This document shows positions 48,704-57,808 of a stretch of 64,000 nt of DNA, in pieces (position 1 is the stretch's first letter; every line of letters starts with the position of its first letter). Below the pieces are notes generated by a model. It saw only the letters and a list, made by a program, of their open reading frames with translations. It did no database searches and had not been told where the DNA came from. The DNA comes from Candidatus Pacearchaeota archaeon. Its GTDB lineage: Archaea > Nanobdellota > Nanobdellia > Pacearchaeales > GW2011-AR1. A program made the position numbers and the translations under genes. Where the stretch lies: assembly GCA_027021195.1 (NCBI GenBank), contig JALUUW010000003.1:4843-68842 (forward strand). Direction: 5' to 3'.

Positions 48704-49543
48704 TTAAAAAATCTTATTCATCTCCTGAAGCCTTTTTCCCGAGCCTATTGAGCTGTTGAACATTTTCCAGAATATTCTCGTCATCCACTCTGTCCATTCC
48801 CTGTTTTTGATTGTATAGAACACAAAGAGCCTTTTATTCAGCTCTTTTTCTTTTCCTGTCGGCTCTTTCATTTCCTTCATGTTAAAGAGCTTATTGTCTA
48901 TTATTGTGGCTCTTAATGGCTGTTCTCTGTGCCTTATTTCCACTAATTCTTTTCCATGCTTGAAATTTAAAGACAGCATTTTTTCTATGTTCTTCTTGCC
49001 TGCTAAATCAACCCTGCAGACGACCTTAATGCTTATTCCATTTTTCACAAGCCTGTCAAGAATATCAAAGATGTCTGTTTTTCTGTCTTTGTAATTTATA
49101 AGCGAAAGGTTTCCTGAAAAAAACAGGATTTGCTTTTTTGCGCTTAACAGGATGTCTTTAAACTCCTTTAGCCTTCCTGATTTCATCTCGCTTTCCCCCT
49201 TTTTCATCCATGCCTCCTTGTCTTTGTCCGCGACATGCTGAAAAATGTCAAATGCAGAAAAGTCCCCCTTGTTTTTGCCCTGCATTATCTGCTCCTCCAG
49301 CTTCTCCTGAAAAACAGAGTGGTTCGCCTTTTCTACTGAAGCCCAGTAAACGATTTTCAGTGCTCCGCGAGTCCCTTCCCTGAAGGTTCTTGTTGCCAGT
49401 GTTCCGAATTCTTTTTCAATTTCCTGAACATACCTGTCAGCAGTTCTCCAGTTTTTTCCCAGGTGCTTGGCTATCTCCTGTATGCTTCTTGGCTTTGAAT
49501 AGGCAAAATCCTCTATTTTTTTTATTGTTTTAGTGTCAAGCAT
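48704..49543 (-). CDS. hypothetical HTH-domain protein
   Basis: N-terminal winged-helix-like segment (SIQEIAKHLGKNWRTADRYVQEIE). Confidence 0.3.
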   Translation of the reverse strand: MLDTKTIKKIEDFAYSKPRSIQEIAKHLGKNWRTADRYVQEIEKEFGTLATRTFREGTRGALKIVYWASVEKANHSVFQEKLEEQIMQGKNKGDFSAFDIFQHVADKDKEAWMKKGESEMKSGRLKEFKDILLSAKKQILFFSGNLSLINYKDRKTDIFDILDRLVKNGISIKVVCRVDLAGKKNIEKMLSLNFKHGKELVEIRHREQPLRATIIDNKLFNMKEMKEPTGKEKELNKRLFVFYTIKNREWTEWMTRIFWKMFNSSIGSGKRLQEMNKIF

Positions 49544-49648
49544 AGTGTTTCAACCATTTTGTGATATTTAAGCATTTCTACAATATACAACACTTTTGAC
49601 AAAATATGTACAGTAAAATGTATCTAATCTGCAAGTCTTTGTTAGAAT

Positions 49649-50224
49649 ATGAGAAAATACGTCTTGACAGGAGGGCCGTGCTCTGGAAAAACAACACTTA
49701 TTAATGAACTTAGAAAAAACGGCTTTTCTGTTTTAGATGAAACTGCAAGAGAGGTGTTAAGCTCTGCCCTAATCTCTGATAAGGTTATTAATAATAAAGA
49801 GAATTATGAAAAACTGGAGATTGAGATATTTCAAAGGCAGCTGAAAAAGGAAAGCAGCCTTTGCAAAAAAACCTTGCTTTATTTTCTTGACAGAGGAACT
49901 ATTGACTGCCTTGCTTATTCAGAGGTGTTTCTTGGATATGTTCCTGAAGAAATTGCAATCCACACTCATTCCGGAAGGTATGACAAAGTCTTTGCTTTAG
50001 AAAGATTGCCTTTTGTTAATGACGGAGTAAGAGTTGAGGGCACAGAAGAGGAAGCTAAAAAAATTCACGATTTTCTGATTAAGACCTATCTTGATTACGG
50101 ATATGAGCTGATACATGTTCCTGTTATGTCAGTAGAAGAAAGGATGGAATTTATTCTAAGATGCATTAAATCATGCTGTCTCAATAGATATCCTTCCCAA
50201 CAAGGATGTTTATCTGGAGATTGA
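49649..50224 (+). CDS. P-loop NTPase (AAA_28-like small ATPase). The 3' end may be frameshifted.
   Basis: Walker A GGPCSGKTT. An open frame with no start codon continues downstream (50160..50316) in another frame. Confidence 0.55.
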   Translation: MRKYVLTGGPCSGKTTLINELRKNGFSVLDETAREVLSSALISDKVINNKENYEKLEIEIFQRQLKKESSLCKKTLLYFLDRGTIDCLAYSEVFLGYVPEEIAIHTHSGRYDKVFALERLPFVNDGVRVEGTEEEAKKIHDFLIKTYLDYGYELIHVPVMSVEERMEFILRCIKSCCLNRYPSQQGCLSGD

Positions 50225-50316
50225 AGGAGACAAAAAATCAATCTTAAAGTGCCTGAGGGATTTTGGGCTGAAGCTTGAGGATATTGAAAAAAGGCCCTAT
50301 CAGGAGATAATCAAAA

Positions 50317-51624
50317 ATGCATAAAAACATAATAAGAATAAAAAAGGAAAAGAGCAATTACCTGATTTTCAGCTCTGAAGGAATGCTCCTCTCCCTGACT
50401 CGGGAGGAATTTGAGGCTTTTGAAAAACACGGAAAAAAGAAAAAAATCAATCCTGAATATAAGGAAATACTTTCAAGGCTTGCATCTTATGGCATTCTGG
50501 AATTTGAGGATTTTAAGCCAGATGATGAAAGAAAGACTTATGACCTGTCTCTTTTAAGGCACAACTCTTCTGAGCCTCTTTATCCTGCTCCTGTTCTTGC
50601 TCATTTGTCTGTAACCAATAAATGCAATATGTCCTGCGAGTATTGCTCTGTCAGGGAACTGCACTGCTCTAATGCTGAAAAAGAACTGACAACAGAGCAA
50701 TGGAAAAAAATAATTTCCGGGCTTGCAGAATGGGGTGTTTTTCAGATAGGGTTCACAGGAGGAGAGCCGACACTGAGAAAGGATTTGCCTGAGCTTGCAA
50801 ACCATGTTCATGAAAAAGGATGCGTATTTAACCTGACAACAAACGGCTGGCTTTTAGATGAAAAGCTTGTTAGCAAGCTTGCAGAATCAGGAATGAAGCA
50901 GTGCCAGGTTTCCTTAGACTCCCACATTAAAGAGACTCATGAAAAGCTGAGGGGAAAAGGCTCTTATGAGAGAGCCATAAAATCCATAAGGCTGTTAAAG
51001 GACAAGGGAGTTGCTGTTGGAATAGACTGCGTTGTTTCTAGAAATAATATCGGCTCAATTCCTGAATTTATAAAGTGGATTGAAAAAGAAGGGATTCCTT
51101 ATCTGACTTTAATAAAGCTGAAAAAAGGGGATTTAAGCAGAGAGTATTATAATTACCTAATGCCTGATTACCATGCATATTCTAGATTGATAAAAGATAT
51201 ATGCTGCAGGGAAAAAAACAAAAACCCCAATATAACTCTTGACTGCGGAAGCGTTTCAAACCTTCAGGCAGTTGCTGATAAAAATAAATTTCATAATCTT
51301 CCTGTTGCAGGATGCCCTTTAGGCCATCATTTAATATGCATCTCTCCTTCTGGAAATATTTTCAGCTGCGCTGCCCTTCTTGATAAAAGGCTTTGTCTTG
51401 GAAATGCCTTAAAAGATGATATTAAGGAAGTCTGGGAAAACAATTCTCTTTTAAGGGAATTTAGATTAATAAAACAAAAAATCTCAGGAAAGTGCAGGAA
51501 TTGCGAAAGGCTTGACATATGCAGGGGAGGGTGCAGGGGAATTTCTTATTCAATAAACAATGGGTTGTTTGGCTCTGACTCAACATGTAAATTTCAGGAG
51601 GTGAAAAATGGAAATACGGGTTGA
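50317..51624 (+). CDS. radical SAM / SPASM-domain enzyme with ~100-aa N-terminal extension (possible RRE)
   Basis: CNMSCEYC Cx3Cx2C. FTGGEPTL. C-terminal SPASM cysteines (CPLGHHLICISPSGNIFSC...CRNCERLDICRGGC). Confidence 0.8.
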   Translation: MHKNIIRIKKEKSNYLIFSSEGMLLSLTREEFEAFEKHGKKKKINPEYKEILSRLASYGILEFEDFKPDDERKTYDLSLLRHNSSEPLYPAPVLAHLSVTNKCNMSCEYCSVRELHCSNAEKELTTEQWKKIISGLAEWGVFQIGFTGGEPTLRKDLPELANHVHEKGCVFNLTTNGWLLDEKLVSKLAESGMKQCQVSLDSHIKETHEKLRGKGSYERAIKSIRLLKDKGVAVGIDCVVSRNNIGSIPEFIKWIEKEGIPYLTLIKLKKGDLSREYYNYLMPDYHAYSRLIKDICCREKNKNPNITLDCGSVSNLQAVADKNKFHNLPVAGCPLGHHLICISPSGNIFSCAALLDKRLCLGNALKDDIKEVWENNSLLREFRLIKQKISGKCRNCERLDICRGGCRGISYSINNGLFGSDSTCKFQEVKNGNTG

Positions 51625-51719
51625 CAAGCTTCAGGGCGGGCATTATGCTTTTTTAAGCGAGCTGCCTCATCTTGCAGAAAAGAGCAAACAGCTTTCTGAA
51701 AAGCTTGCTTTTGAAAAAA

Positions 51720-51842
51720 ATGAAAAGAAGCTTATTTGAGGTGGCATGGGAAATAACAGATGGGTGCAATCTTGAGTGCATCCACTGTTACAACCCCCAA
51801 AAAAAGAAGATATTTTTTAGGCCAGTTAAAGACCTTTGTTGA
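51720..51842 (+). pseudogene. remnant of a radical SAM gene (40-aa N-terminal fragment carrying the Cx3Cx2C motif)
   Basis: Translation MKRSLFEVAWEITDGCNLECIHCYNPQKKKIFFRPVKDLC then stop. Typical rSAM N-terminus that ends before the rest of the domain. Confidence 0.5.
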
Positions 51843-51854
51843 ATAACCCATAAA

Positions 51855-52475
51855 TCAAATGTCAAAAATCTTCTCTTTTCTTGAGACATTAATGATTTTT
51901 GTTTTTCCCATTTTTTCCTCAATCCCTTCAGCCTCATGAATGTGCGCGCTGATTAAGATGTCTGGCTTGAATTCTTTTACTGCCTTTTTTATTGCCTTGC
52001 TTCCTTTAAATCCTGAGAATTCCGCCTTGCTTCCATTGTGATGCATATGGGTTACCATAATTTTTTTATTGACTTTTTTAAGGGCATTGTTTCCTTTTTT
52101 CAGAGCATCAAAAATCTCTTTTTCTGTTGTATTAAACTCCAGTGCCCCTCCTGCCCCGAAAATACCCACTTTGTCTTTTACAAAAGAGTATCCATGAATG
52201 TTCTTGGTGTTTGGATACATTTCTGCAAGAAAATCCACTGTAGCAATAGATTCGTGGTTTCCATGAAGCAATAAAACCGGTTTTTCTGCTTTTGTGAAAG
52301 GGCCTACAATGTTTTTTACTGAGCTTTCTGCCAGAGTCAGGTCTCCTGCAAGTATTACTAAGTCAACATTTTCTTTTTTTGCCTTTTCAGCCAGCTTTTT
52401 CACTAGCCCAGTGTCTCCATGAATGTCTCCAACTGCAAGTATTCTTGTTTTTTTTCTGTTTCCTGGATGTTTCAT
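51855..52475 (-). CDS. metallophosphoesterase (calcineurin-like, YfcE/MJ0936 family)
   Basis: ILAVGDIHGD, ILAGDLT, LHGNHES and GHIHE-like motifs. Confidence 0.75.
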   Translation of the reverse strand: MKHPGNRKKTRILAVGDIHGDTGLVKKLAEKAKKENVDLVILAGDLTLAESSVKNIVGPFTKAEKPVLLLHGNHESIATVDFLAEMYPNTKNIHGYSFVKDKVGIFGAGGALEFNTTEKEIFDALKKGNNALKKVNKKIMVTHMHHNGSKAEFSGFKGSKAIKKAVKEFKPDILISAHIHEAEGIEEKMGKTKIINVSRKEKIFDI

Positions 52476-52643
52476 GATATTAAATTAAAATTTTGATTAA
52501 TAAAGATTATTAATTTATTTTTTGGCTATTTTATAGAAGGTATTATTTTTTAAATGTTTTGGCAGATATATCCTTCCCAAAAGATTTAAAAGGACTATAC
52601 TGTCTGGATATATACATTAAACTATACATATCCGAGTATCAAA

Positions 52644-52910
52644 ATGAAAGACAATTTTGATATCTTTTTCAGGAGAAAGCCAGCTCTGATGCTGGTATCT
52701 CTTAAAAAGAATACAAGGATGAGGTATGGTAGTGTTTTGGCTAAGGAAGTTGACTGCACCTACAGCCATGCAGTGAAGATTTTGCAGACACTTGAAGACC
52801 TTAAGTTAGTTGTTTTTGAAAAAAAGGGGCGGATAAAAATTATACAGCTAACGAAGAAGGGAAGAGAAGTTGCAGATGCAATTGAAAACATTCAAAAGCT
52901 GATTAAATGA
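52644..52910 (+). CDS. small winged-helix transcriptional regulator
   Basis: 88 aa. HTH-like YSHAVKILQTLEDLKLV. Confidence 0.45.
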   Translation: MKDNFDIFFRRKPALMLVSLKKNTRMRYGSVLAKEVDCTYSHAVKILQTLEDLKLVVFEKKGRIKIIQLTKKGREVADAIENIQKLIK

Positions 52911-53052
52911 AAGCTTTTGGCTACCACGCCCCTGAAAGAGCCTTATGGGCAGAAGACAATAGCAGGCAGTATTTAGTTTAGGATTAGCCTGGATGCTTTA
53001 AGATATTTTTTATCCTATGCAATGCTTTTCTGTGTTTGGGATTTTATAAGCA

Positions 53053-53127
53053 TGGCCCTGGAGGGATTTGAACCCCCGACACCCAGATTAAGAGTCTGGT
53101 GCTCTAACCAGGCTGAGCTACAGAGCC
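53053..53127 (-). tRNA. tRNA-Lys (anticodon CTT), no encoded CCA
   Basis: Hand-folded. Acceptor GGCTCTG/CAGGGCC with one G-U pair. D-arm TAGCTCAGCCTGGTTAGAGCA. Anticodon stem-loop CCAGA-CTCTTAA-TCTGG. T-arm GGGGGTTCAAATCCCTC. Discriminator A. Confidence 0.85.
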
Positions 53128-53169
53128 ATAATTCAATATCAGAGAAGAAGTTTAAAAATCTTTACTAGC

Positions 53170-53475
53170 TTACCTGTATTCTCTCCATGTATGCTCGCAT
53201 TTTACGCATTTGAAGAATTTTGTTTCCGCCTCGTCTCCTGAACGCGTCTGAACTGTCCAGAAGTATGCCTTTCCATTACCGCATTTTTTGCATATTTCAT
53301 CAATAATTGGAAAAACCTCTGTTCCTTTTTTAAGGACAGCCACGCCTTTTTTTTCCTCTATCTTTTCAGATGTCTTTATTTTTACTTTCTCTTTTGCAGA
53401 ATAACTGCATCTTGGACATCCGTCTTTCTTTCTTTTTTGCACAAGAACAGCACCGCATTTTGGACAAAATTCCAT
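53170..53475 (-). CDS. tfs: transcription factor S / RNAP subunit M family (TFIIS-type C-terminal zinc ribbon)
   Basis: N-terminal CPKCG...CPRC ribbon. C-terminal CKKCGNGKAYFWTVQTRSGDEAETKFFKCVKCEHTWR. Confidence 0.8.
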   Translation of the reverse strand: MEFCPKCGAVLVQKRKKDGCPRCSYSAKEKVKIKTSEKIEEKKGVAVLKKGTEVFPIIDEICKKCGNGKAYFWTVQTRSGDEAETKFFKCVKCEHTWREYR

Positions 53476-53550
53476 TTTGACTTCTGATTAATAACCAAAT
53501 TCTTTTAAAAATCTTTCTTTCCTGGTTTTTCACAGGCAAATGGTAAAACA

Positions 53551-54189
53551 TCAATTTTCTTTGCAGAATCCCCTCTCGCTCGGAGGCTTTCCAATCTCAA
53601 AGAACACCAGCTTCCCCCATCCTATATAAGGAGCAATCCTGAATGCAGCCTTTCCGACGAGCTGCTCTTCTTTTATGCTTTTTTCAAAAGTTAGCTGCCC
53701 TCTGTTGTTGTCTCCCATTGTTGAGAAAATTTTTTCCCCTTTTTCATTTCTGATGCTGATTATTCGATGTATAACAGGATTTCTCTGTCCTGCACTGAAT
53801 ATGACTACATCTCCGATTTTCAGCCTGTCAGGATCTGCTTTTGTTATAAACAAGATATCTCCTTTGTTAAATCCGTTTTTAAATATAAACTCCTCAAACT
53901 CCTCTTTTTCAATATTAAATTTGGAATACTTTGCTTCATGCCTCTCCCACCATTCATCATAATTGGAGAGGAGATTTCCCTGATGATACATGCTGCATGA
54001 TTCAACAATTGCCAGAGGAAGCGCAGTTCCTGTTGCCAGGCTCAGAAGAGGAAAAAAGATGAACTTTATGAATATAAAAAGAAATGCAATTGAAAAAATC
54101 CACCCTTTAAAGCTGTCATCTTTCCACAGCAGAAACCAGAATTTTTTCCACAATTTAAAAGCACTCTTTTTTACGGCATTTTGGCCCAT
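53551..54189 (-). CDS. signal peptidase I (Sec11/S26B-like)
   Basis: N-terminal TM. SCSM (catalytic Ser box-like). VIHRII (His box). GDNN box. Confidence 0.6.
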   Translation of the reverse strand: MGQNAVKKSAFKLWKKFWFLLWKDDSFKGWIFSIAFLFIFIKFIFFPLLSLATGTALPLAIVESCSMYHQGNLLSNYDEWWERHEAKYSKFNIEKEEFEEFIFKNGFNKGDILFITKADPDRLKIGDVVIFSAGQRNPVIHRIISIRNEKGEKIFSTMGDNNRGQLTFEKSIKEEQLVGKAAFRIAPYIGWGKLVFFEIGKPPSERGFCKEN

Positions 54190-54341
54190 GTAAACAAGTA
54201 ATTGCAGAGAGTTTATAAGTGTTTCATGTTTTTACGCATTATGCCAATTTATTTTTTCATGAATTTAATCATTTTTTATTTTTTTATCTGCTCTGGCTTT
54301 TGCCTCTCCGGACAGGGCAGAAAAACCGCAAAGTTTAAATA

Positions 54342-54432
54342 GTATACATGTATGTGTATATACATAAAGGTATATACTTTTTGTATAACCTTCTTTCACC
54401 CCTCTTTAAGACCGTGTCATTCCGGCACGGTT
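54342..54432 (+). promoter_or_regulatory. cluster of palindromic operator-like motifs and a hairpin upstream of the Cdc48/Hsp20 operon
   Basis: Perfect 10-bp palindrome ATACATGTAT at 54344-54353. 8-bp palindrome GTATATAC at 54356-63 and again at 54370-77. Related GTATAAC at 54383-89, giving ~14 bp periodicity. Hairpin ACCGTG/CACGGT at 54411-16 and 54426-31. Confidence 0.3.
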
Positions 54433-54451
54433 CATTTTAAAAGTCAAAAAA

Positions 54452-54829
54452 ATGAAAATGGCAGACATATTTGAGAACACAATACTTTGCAAAAAATGTG
54501 ATGCAGAAATGGAGAAAGTAAAACTAATGAAAAACGGATTTCTAATGCGGGCAGTGGCTTGTCCGGAATGCAATGAAAAGATTATGCATCCGGTTGATGA
54601 GCAAGAGTACCATAGGTTTATAAATTTGAAAAATAAAGAGTTTAGAGTTAAGATGAGGCTTGTTGGAAACAGTTATGCAGTATCAATTCCTAAAGAAATT
54701 GTTTCATTCATGGAAGAGCAGAAAAAAATTATGGATGATATGGTGAGGTTATGCTTTGAAGATGTTGGAAGGCTGTCTCTCAGTTTCGGAGATTTTGAAG
54801 AATTAAAAATTAACAGGAGAAAAAAATGA
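54452..54829 (+). CDS. Zn-ribbon plus AbrB/SpoVT-like swapped-hairpin domain protein (possible regulator)
   Basis: CKKCD...CPECN ribbon. VGNSYAVSIPKEIV resembles the AbrB/MazE-type fold. Stop overlaps the next start. Confidence 0.35.
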   Translation: MKMADIFENTILCKKCDAEMEKVKLMKNGFLMRAVACPECNEKIMHPVDEQEYHRFINLKNKEFRVKMRLVGNSYAVSIPKEIVSFMEEQKKIMDDMVRLCFEDVGRLSLSFGDFEELKINRRKK

Positions 54830-55107
54830 AAAACATCTGGCTTGTTGTAGATAATACCGGAAAGAAACTGGCTTACTCGCCTATTAGGCTGGCTCCTAAA
54901 TTGAGGATTGCCAGTAATCCTGAAACTAATCAGGAGTATGATGATGCAAAAGATGGTGAAGTTGGAGAATTTGAGAGATGTGTTTCATGCTGGAATCCTA
55001 CAGATATTAAAAAAAACACTCCTATAGATAAAAGGCCTTTTTATGTTGAAGGGGTGGGGCAATTAGACAGAGAATGCTTTATGGAGGTTTATGGAATTAG
55101 AAAATGA
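54826..55107 (+). CDS. hypothetical protein (93 aa), translationally coupled to Cdc48
   Basis: ORF with 4-nt overlaps on both sides. Confidence 0.3.
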   Translation: MKNIWLVVDNTGKKLAYSPIRLAPKLRIASNPETNQEYDDAKDGEVGEFERCVSCWNPTDIKKNTPIDKRPFYVEGVGQLDRECFMEVYGIRK

Positions 55108-57398
55108 CAAAAGAAAAGCAAATTCAGCTGAAAGTGGTTGAGGCGCTGCAGGATGATGCCTACAAAGGGATAGCAAGGATAGACAGCGAGGTAATGAGAG
55201 AGCTTGACATAAGGAGAGGGGATGTTATTAAGATAAAAGGAAATAAAGAAACAGTTGCAATTGCCGACAGGGCATACCCTGCAGACATGGGAGAGAATAT
55301 TATAAGGATAGACGGGATTATGAGGAGAAATGCAAAGACAGGAATCGGAGATATTGTAACAATATCAAAGGCAGAAGTAAGAGAGGCAAAAAAGATAATG
55401 ATTGCACCTGCACAAAAAGGGATTCTGGTTCAGGGAGATTCTGAAAGTTTGAGAGGGGGCCTTTTAGGCAGGGCTGTAATGAAAGGAGACATTGTTGTTT
55501 TGGGAGGAGTCCAGAGAAGAAGAGATCTTCTCTCAGATGATTTTGGCGAGATTAATGACATGATTGGAGACATGCTTGGAAATATGGGATTTGGAAATCT
55601 TGGAGGAGGTGTTACGCAAATAAGGTTCCTTGTTGTCAACACAACCCCAAATCAGCCAGTTATTGTTACTGAAAATACTGAAGTGGCTCTTAGCCCTAAA
55701 GCAGTAGAGGTAAGCGACGAGAAAATCCCTGAGATTACTTATGAAGATATTGGAGGATTGAGTGAGGAGATAAAGAAAATAAGGGAAATGGTTGAGATTC
55801 CCTTGAAGCACCCTGAGATTTTCAATAAATTGGGGGTAGAGCCTCCTAAAGGAGTGCTGCTTCACGGGCCTCCAGGAACAGGAAAAACCCTTTTGGCAAA
55901 GGCAGTTGCCAATGAATCAGATGCAAATTTTATTCTTCTTAACGGGCCTGAGATTATGAGTAAGTTTTACGGAGAAAGCGAAAAGAAAATAAGAGATATT
56001 TTTGAGGAAGCAGAAAAAACAGCTCCGACAATCATTTTTATTGATGAGATTGATGCCATTGCTCCAAAAAGAGAAGAGGTTATGGGAGAGGTGGAGAGAA
56101 GAGTTGTAAGCCAGATTTTAACAATGATGGACGGACTTAAGTCAAGAGGAAAGGTGATAGTCATTGGCGCTACTAACAGGATTAATGCAATTGACCCTGC
56201 TTTGAGGCGCCCAGGTCGTTTTGACAGGGAAGTTGAGATTAATGTTCCGAGCAAAAAAGGAAGAAATTCTATCCTAAAGATTCATACAAGAGGGATGCCG
56301 TTGGCAAAAAATGTTAATCTTGGGGAAATAGCTTCTCTGACTCATGGTTTTGTTGGTGCTGATTTGGAGTCTTTAAGCAAGGAAGCTGCTATGAATGTTT
56401 TAAGAAAACATCTCCACAAAATAAAGCTTGATGATGAAGAGATTCCTCCGGAGATTCTGGAAAAAATGATTGTCAGGCAGGAAGATTTCATGGAGGCATT
56501 AAAAGTTGTGAGGCCTTCAGCCATGAGAGAGGTGTTGGTTGAAACTCCTAATGTAGGCTGGGATGCTGTCGGAGGCCTGGATAAAATCAAACAGGAGTTA
56601 AAGGAGGCTGTTGAATGGCCTTTAAAATATCCTGGAAGCTTTAAGAGAATGGGTATCAGGCCTTCAAGAGGGATTTTGCTTTACGGTCCTCCAGGAACAG
56701 GAAAAACTCTTTTGGCAAAGGCCGTTGCCAAAGAATCAGAGGCAAATTTCATTCAGGTTAAAGGGCCTTCACTATTGAGCATGTGGGTCGGAAAAAGCGA
56801 AGAGGGAGTTAGAAAGATATTTGAAAGGGCAAGGCAGGTAGCTCCTTGCGTTGTGTTTTTTGACGAGATTGATGCTCTTGCAGGAAAAAGAGGCCAGGAA
56901 ACAGGAACAAAGGTTACTGAAAGGGTTTTAAACCAGCTTCTTGCTGAAATGGATGGGTTGGAAGATCTGAATGATGTTCTTGTTATTGCTGCAACAAACA
57001 GGCCTGATATGCTTGACCCTGCGCTTTTAAGGCCAGGAAGATTTGACAAAATCCTTCTTGTAAATGCTCCTGAAGAAGAAGGAAGGTATAAAATACTCCA
57101 GATACACACAAAAAATATGCCTCTGGCAAAAGGGGTTAAGATAAGAGATCTTGCAAAGACAACTGTGGGATATACAGGGGCTGATCTTGAGGCTCTGACA
57201 AGGGAGGCTGCATTGCTTTCATTAAGAGAATCTATTGACTCAAAGGAAGTCAAGAAAAAGCATTTTGACGAGGCATTGAAGAAAGTGAGACCCAGTGTAA
57301 GCAAGCCGACAATTGAAGTTTACAAGAAGATTGAAGATAATCTCCTTAAATCCGCAAAGTCTGCAGTTGCTTCTGTTGGAAGCAGCTATCTCGGATAA
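55104..57398 (+). CDS. cdc48: Cdc48/VCP-like AAA+ ATPase (N-domain plus two AAA modules)
   Basis: Two GPPGTGKT Walker A motifs, DEID Walker B and the second region of homology. CDC48-N-like start ([25 protein letters not shown]). Confidence 0.9.
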   Translation: MTKEKQIQLKVVEALQDDAYKGIARIDSEVMRELDIRRGDVIKIKGNKETVAIADRAYPADMGENIIRIDGIMRRNAKTGIGDIVTISKAEVREAKKIMIAPAQKGILVQGDSESLRGGLLGRAVMKGDIVVLGGVQRRRDLLSDDFGEINDMIGDMLGNMGFGNLGGGVTQIRFLVVNTTPNQPVIVTENTEVALSPKAVEVSDEKIPEITYEDIGGLSEEIKKIREMVEIPLKHPEIFNKLGVEPPKGVLLHGPPGTGKTLLAKAVANESDANFILLNGPEIMSKFYGESEKKIRDIFEEAEKTAPTIIFIDEIDAIAPKREEVMGEVERRVVSQILTMMDGLKSRGKVIVIGATNRINAIDPALRRPGRFDREVEINVPSKKGRNSILKIHTRGMPLAKNVNLGEIASLTHGFVGADLESLSKEAAMNVLRKHLHKIKLDDEEIPPEILEKMIVRQEDFMEALKVVRPSAMREVLVETPNVGWDAVGGLDKIKQELKEAVEWPLKYPGSFKRMGIRPSRGILLYGPPGTGKTLLAKAVAKESEANFIQVKGPSLLSMWVGKSEEGVRKIFERARQVAPCVVFFDEIDALAGKRGQETGTKVTERVLNQLLAEMDGLEDLNDVLVIAATNRPDMLDPALLRPGRFDKILLVNAPEEEGRYKILQIHTKNMPLAKGVKIRDLAKTTVGYTGADLEALTREAALLSLRESIDSKEVKKKHFDEALKKVRPSVSKPTIEVYKKIEDNLLKSAKSAVASVGSSYLG

Positions 57399-57424
57399 TT
57401 AAATTAAGATGTTGAGAGATAAAA

Positions 57425-57808
57425 ATGAGCTTTTTCGATGAGGATCCGTTTGAGACAATTGTAAGGGAGTTTTTCGGCCATAGCCCTTCAAGAGAGAGGT
57501 ATAAGGAAGAGATTATTCATGGCGAAGAGGAAGACAGAGTTATTGACTTCGTAGAGCATAAAAATAAGACTTATCTTATTTTTGAACTTCCTGGATTTGA
57601 TGAAAAGGATATTTTTGTAAGTGTTAAGGACAGGAAATTGGAGATAAAAGTGAAAAAGAGAAATAAAGAAGGAATTCAGGCTTACCTGGTTCCGAGGCTG
57701 AGTCAGGAGGAGATTATCAGGAAACCTCTTCCAAAGTTTGTTGATCCAAAGACGTTTTCATATACTGTAAAAAATGGAGTTTTGGAGGTTGCTTTTAATA
57801 AAAAATGA
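57425..57808 (+). CDS. hsp20: Hsp20/alpha-crystallin small heat-shock protein
   Basis: Alpha-crystallin domain (DFVEHKNKTYLIFELPGFDEKDIFVSVKDRKLEIKVKK). Confidence 0.8.
   Translation: MSFFDEDPFETIVREFFGHSPSRERYKEEIIHGEEEDRVIDFVEHKNKTYLIFELPGFDEKDIFVSVKDRKLEIKVKKRNKEGIQAYLVPRLSQEEIIRKPLPKFVDPKTFSYTVKNGVLEVAFNKK

Noticed and set aside
51608-51739. 43-aa ORF (MEIRVDKLQGGHYAFLSELPHLAEKSKQLSEKLAFEKNEKKLI) as a precursor peptide for the third rSAM
   Set aside because: It has no Cys, Ser or Thr-rich core. It overlaps the rSAM stop and runs into the rSAM stump. It is kept only as a note, not a feature.
52911-53052. Moderately GC-rich spacer before tRNA-Lys as a C/D-box sRNA
   Set aside because: No convincing C box (RUGAUGA) and D box (CUGA) pair with terminal stem could be found by eye.
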